Positions 60,657 through 64,000 of a stretch of DNA of 64,000 nt are shown here, in pieces. Position 1 is the stretch's first letter; each line of letters opens with the position of its first letter. Source of the stretch: an uncultured Methanolobus sp. (GTDB taxonomy: Archaea > Halobacteriota > Methanosarcinia > Methanosarcinales > Methanosarcinaceae); NCBI GenBank assembly GCA_963675495.1, contig OY776215.1, positions 2,144,001-2,208,000 of the forward strand. The letters are read 5' to 3'. The notes beneath the pieces were generated by a model. It worked only from the letters and a program-made list of their open reading frames with translations. It did no database searches and was not told the origin of the DNA. The translations under genes and the position numbers were made by a program.

Positions 60657-60896
60657 CTACTTTAACTGATACTTTTTCATTTCATATTTTGCCATCAGAT
60701 TGGAACCAAAAACGTATACCAGAATGATAATACCTAGCCAGATAAAGTGACCTCCCAATTCAGGCCTGCCTAAATATTTTAAGAGTAAGCCTATACTGAA
60801 TACCACCATATTTGCCATGCCTACTTTTTTATTTCGTTTCACTGTTTCAGCATACAGCTCTTTGCGTACAAGGTACTCTTTTTTTTCATCCTTCAC
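60657..60896 (-). CDS. Small 2-TM hypothetical protein
   Basis: Two hydrophobic helices; GGATGTGA RBS-like element before GTG. Confidence 0.6.
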   Translation of the reverse strand: MKDEKKEYLVRKELYAETVKRNKKVGMANMVVFSIGLLLKYLGRPELGGHFIWLGIIILVYVFGSNLMAKYEMKKYQLK

Positions 60897-61047
60897 ATTT
60901 TCACATCCAAGATATGTATATTATAAAACCAGTGACTCAAAACCTTTTTGGCAAAATGGATGTTTGTAACTGATAATTTGGTTAATGCTTAGCTATTGAT
61001 TTTCTGCTGACAAACATCCTTATATAAGCTCAAATTCACCTAGCACC

Positions 61048-61251
61048 ATGAATCCGGGAAGCTCCAGAAAGAATATCAAAATCGGACTAAGCGTAGGAAT
61101 TGTTCTCAAGCAAGATCAGAAGAGTGGAAAAATAACCAAGGGTGTTGTCAAGAAAATCCTGACCAATTCCTCATCGCATCCACACGGGATAAAAGTACAA
61201 TTGGAAGATGGCCGGGTTGGAAGAGTAAAAGAAATCTACTCTGGTGTCTAA
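61048..61251 (+). CDS. YwbE (DUF2196) family protein
   Basis: VLKQDQKSG, ILTNSSSHPHGIKV.L.DG.VGRVKEI; TATA ~25 nt upstream (leaderless). Confidence 0.9.
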   Translation: MNPGSSRKNIKIGLSVGIVLKQDQKSGKITKGVVKKILTNSSSHPHGIKVQLEDGRVGRVKEIYSGV

Positions 61252-61273
61252 TCGATTTTATATTATTGTCTTA

Positions 61274-61489
61274 TCACACATTTTTAGTATAACATGCAAA
61301 ACTCTTATTGCAACTGGTACACCTTGATGCGGATTTAAAGTTTGCTCCAAAATCAGCCGGATTGCCGGAACTTATTGAAACACAAACAATGGACTGTCCT
61401 AGGGGAATTGTCGCAAGGATCTGTGACCCGCAGCCTGGACATACCACACTTTCAAGATTCATATCTACATTCCTCTCTGATTTCTCCAA
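61274..61489 (-). CDS. Small zinc-finger protein (CPxCG...CxxC)
   Basis: VVCPGCGS and RCTSCNK; start may be ATG 61462. Confidence 0.65.
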   Translation of the reverse strand: MEKSERNVDMNLESVVCPGCGSQILATIPLGQSIVCVSISSGNPADFGANFKSASRCTSCNKSFACYTKNV

Positions 61490-61615
61490 TGGAAATCACA
61501 TTATACTGGAAAAAATACAAATGTACAAAAAAAGTTTTCCAGGCAGATACTGATCAAAAACTGACCGTTTTGCATCTACCTTTTTATTGAAAATTGTAGT
61601 TATACTAAAGTATAA

Positions 61616-61807
61616 CTAGTATCTTGCTGGTCTGTGCTTCTGGAAGCATTCCCTGCAGTATACAGGTCTGTCGCCAGATGGCTTGAAAGGTACTTCGGTT
61701 TCCTGTTTGCAGTCTGAGCATGTTGCTTTGTGCATCTCTCTTGGACCGCTTGATCTGAAGCCGCCGCCGCCGCCTCTGCTGTTTCCGCCTCTGTCATTGT
61801 ATCCCAT
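61616..61807 (-). CDS. CxxC-x17-CxxC domain protein with RGG-rich N-terminus
   Basis: PREMHKATCSDCKQETEVPFKPSGDRPVYCRECF; RBS AAGGAG. Confidence 0.92.
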   Translation of the reverse strand: MGYNDRGGNSRGGGGGFRSSGPREMHKATCSDCKQETEVPFKPSGDRPVYCRECFQKHRPARY

Positions 61808-62003
61808 ATTTTATATCTCCTTAGTTTTCTATTAGTTCGCTCAGCAAAGCCGAGATTGAGACGTTACGCATGATTAGTTTTATCCGGCCTTAGCCAGATA
61901 CTTCCATCCTATACGACTAACTCTAATTGTCCTAGCAATTGTTAAAAGAAGCACATAAAAATATAGTAACCCTTTATTAAATCGTTGACCAATCGAACTA
62001 ACT
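61808..62003 (-). promoter_or_regulatory. Long structured 5' UTR of the CxxC-x17-CxxC gene
   Basis: Minus-strand TTTATAT at 62022-62028; closing stem 61994-62001 / 61832-61839; internal hairpins. Confidence 0.55.
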
Positions 62004-62105
62004 ATAGTACAACACTATGTGATATAAACCCGCTGCTGTCAATTAACTTGTTGAAATTGTTCAAATAACGCAACTTGAACTATTAAAGAACACAAAAAAG
62101 GCATT

Positions 62106-62972
62106 TCAGACTACTTGAAGAAAATTCATTATCCCATGACAATTGCATGTTGTCGCAATAAAGAAGATCCTATCCTCAACAGAGCACATGTCTGTTTTTC
62201 CATTCACGACTTTCACGTGTTCCATTATAGACAGCATATGTTCTTTAAAGTCAATACCCTTTATTCCGCCAATTCCTGGCTTCATCTGGCAACTCTCAAA
62301 TACCCAACCCCTATGGGAGGATAGTAACTTCTTAACATAAGCAGTTATAGTCTCAGGCTTCTCTCTTTTGAAGTTGTAGCAGTATTTTTCAGGTCCCATG
62401 CAATTATCAGGACATATCTCACCCATTTTAGCATATGAGAACATAATGACACCATCAGCAGGTGAATTAAATACTACTGTTTCTTCTGGTAGTTTGGACA
62501 TAACATCATAGAAACATGCAGTCTGTTTTTCATTTTTATCTTCAAAAGCAAGATATGAGATCAACGGTCTGGAATAAACAGAACCTAGCATATCGGTTGC
62601 CATATTAGCAACAGCATGAGTAGGTACAGCAGGGATAATGTATTGCGGAATACCGGCTTCCAGAATTAGGGGAACATCATGAACATCCATGCAGTGGAAA
62701 TAGACATTGTTTTCGTTTTCTTTTGATTCCCTATAAGTCCTGATGAGCCTGAAAAGTTCCTCCCTGTCAACTACTATTGAACTGTTTGAAGCATCTGCAT
62801 TCTCATCAATATCAATAATCACAACAAACGGAAAGGATTGCTCTTTTGAATACCTGGCAAAATCACTTCCAATATTTCCACCACCGAGCACAAGGCAATA
62901 GCCTTCCATAACCTGCAGCGAGCGAAAATTGGTAATTCTCTGGTTCAGGTTGGAAAGGAGATCATTGTTCAC
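62106..62972 (-). CDS. Rossmann-fold (NAD-binding-like) protein with Cys clusters, function unknown
   Basis: LVLGGGNIG, IIDID; CPDNC..P..YC and TTCNCHG. Confidence 0.7.
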   Translation of the reverse strand: MNNDLLSNLNQRITNFRSLQVMEGYCLVLGGGNIGSDFARYSKEQSFPFVVIIDIDENADASNSSIVVDREELFRLIRTYRESKENENNVYFHCMDVHDVPLILEAGIPQYIIPAVPTHAVANMATDMLGSVYSRPLISYLAFEDKNEKQTACFYDVMSKLPEETVVFNSPADGVIMFSYAKMGEICPDNCMGPEKYCYNFKREKPETITAYVKKLLSSHRGWVFESCQMKPGIGGIKGIDFKEHMLSIMEHVKVVNGKTDMCSVEDRIFFIATTCNCHGIMNFLQVV

Positions 62973-63093
62973 AATAAGAAAAGGAAATAGCAGTATATAT
63001 TCGATTCGTTTTTAGCATAATCATGAAAAATGAGACAAATGTATAAGGAAACAAAATGAAAATAATGGAGCAAAACATTACTCCACTAAATGA

Positions 63094-63561
63094 TCATTTT
63101 ACCCTGCTGCCATATATTTTCTGTAAATGGTCCTTTGGATCAAAATCAGTCTTAAATTTCAGCTTACCTGAATTAGACTGTATGACGACCTGCCATGTAA
63201 TCTGAATCTGATCGTCATCTTGGCTACTCTTTTTCTTTACCTTTATAGAACTTATACCTGCATTAGGAATTGTGAAGTTTGCCTCATTCTCTGCCAGTGC
63301 AGCCTGCGCACTCATTCCTGCATACCTTTCCGCATACCTGAAGGAACCCTTTATCTGTGCACCCCATTGTCCAAAGAAACCTTTTCCTTCTGCTTTGGCT
63401 TGATCACGAGACTCCTTGACAACCTGCTTCATAACGTCATTTGTTACCTTGGCAAATATAGTTGTATCAGGCGTTGCTACAAGTGTAAATGCATCGTAGG
63501 ACAAACCTAACATTTTACTTCTCCTCATGTTCGGAACAATGCCGATTACTTCGTCTTCCAT
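63094..63561 (-). CDS. Hypothetical protein, possibly PH-like fold
   Basis: RBS GGAGG; IPNAGISSIKVKK...VIQSNSGKLKF pattern. Confidence 0.65.
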   Translation of the reverse strand: MEDEVIGIVPNMRRSKMLGLSYDAFTLVATPDTTIFAKVTNDVMKQVVKESRDQAKAEGKGFFGQWGAQIKGSFRYAERYAGMSAQAALAENEANFTIPNAGISSIKVKKKSSQDDDQIQITWQVVIQSNSGKLKFKTDFDPKDHLQKIYGSRVK

Positions 63562-63864
63562 AAAAACCCTCCTTGACATCCAATGGATGTGCTACTGCCA
63601 TCTGCAACATTATTTTAATGATAATATATGGCAATAAATAAAAATGAACTAATAAATATATAAAGATTGTTATTTGAATTGTGCTTTTGGTTTATTATTA
63701 AAAAATAATGGAATGGATTACACAGACAATTTCACAGATGCAATTGAAAAATAGAGCTTAGTGCCAACATCAACTTTATATTGAAACTTGCTAAAAAGCA
63801 ATGTCATGAACTGCCATGGCAGGTGTAAAATAAAAATAAAAAAGAAAGTACTTAAAAAGATACT

Positions 63865-63999
<135 letters not shown>

Positions 64000-64000
64000 C

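Overview
Core-chromosome segment of a methylotrophic methanogen. The gene set and protein style fit Methanosarcinaceae, most like Methanolobus; the taxon is inferred from recalled homologs, not from a search. It holds about 65 CDS and one tRNA-Thr(UGU). No integrase, transposase or CRISPR array was seen. Recognisable blocks: HD hydrolase-trmI; radB; nrdH-nrdD-nrdG; thiL; a PKD/S-layer-domain protein; a NitT/TauT-type ABC transporter with a divergent HTH regulator; a PAS histidine kinase; an Mrp/DUF134/NifX/MinD-ferredoxin Fe-S module; MBL-rhodanese; DtxR-family regulator plus znuABC; ycaO-tfuA; a cytochrome P460-like lipoprotein; cysteine desulfurase; cdc6; thermosome; archaeal mevalonate-pathway genes (UbiD, AcnX large and small) coupled to a B12 radical SAM; two PEF-CTERM paralogs; priL-pcn-tfs; artA-psd-pssA-mptD; hisC-argD; archease-rtcB; and the 3' end of pscS. 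Items missing from the ORF track: two genes that appear to need ATA start codons (radB and a beta-helix protein); a 47-aa sORF between the ycaO-tfuA/P460 block and the desulfurase; a 57-aa basic DUF5350 protein; a structured ~110-130 nt candidate sRNA downstream of rtcB; a structured ~195 nt 5' UTR; and three TTGR-N7-YCAA candidate metalloregulator boxes. The first CDS looks like an HD-hydrolase/YwgA-like fusion. All family calls come from motif recognition; no database searches were run.
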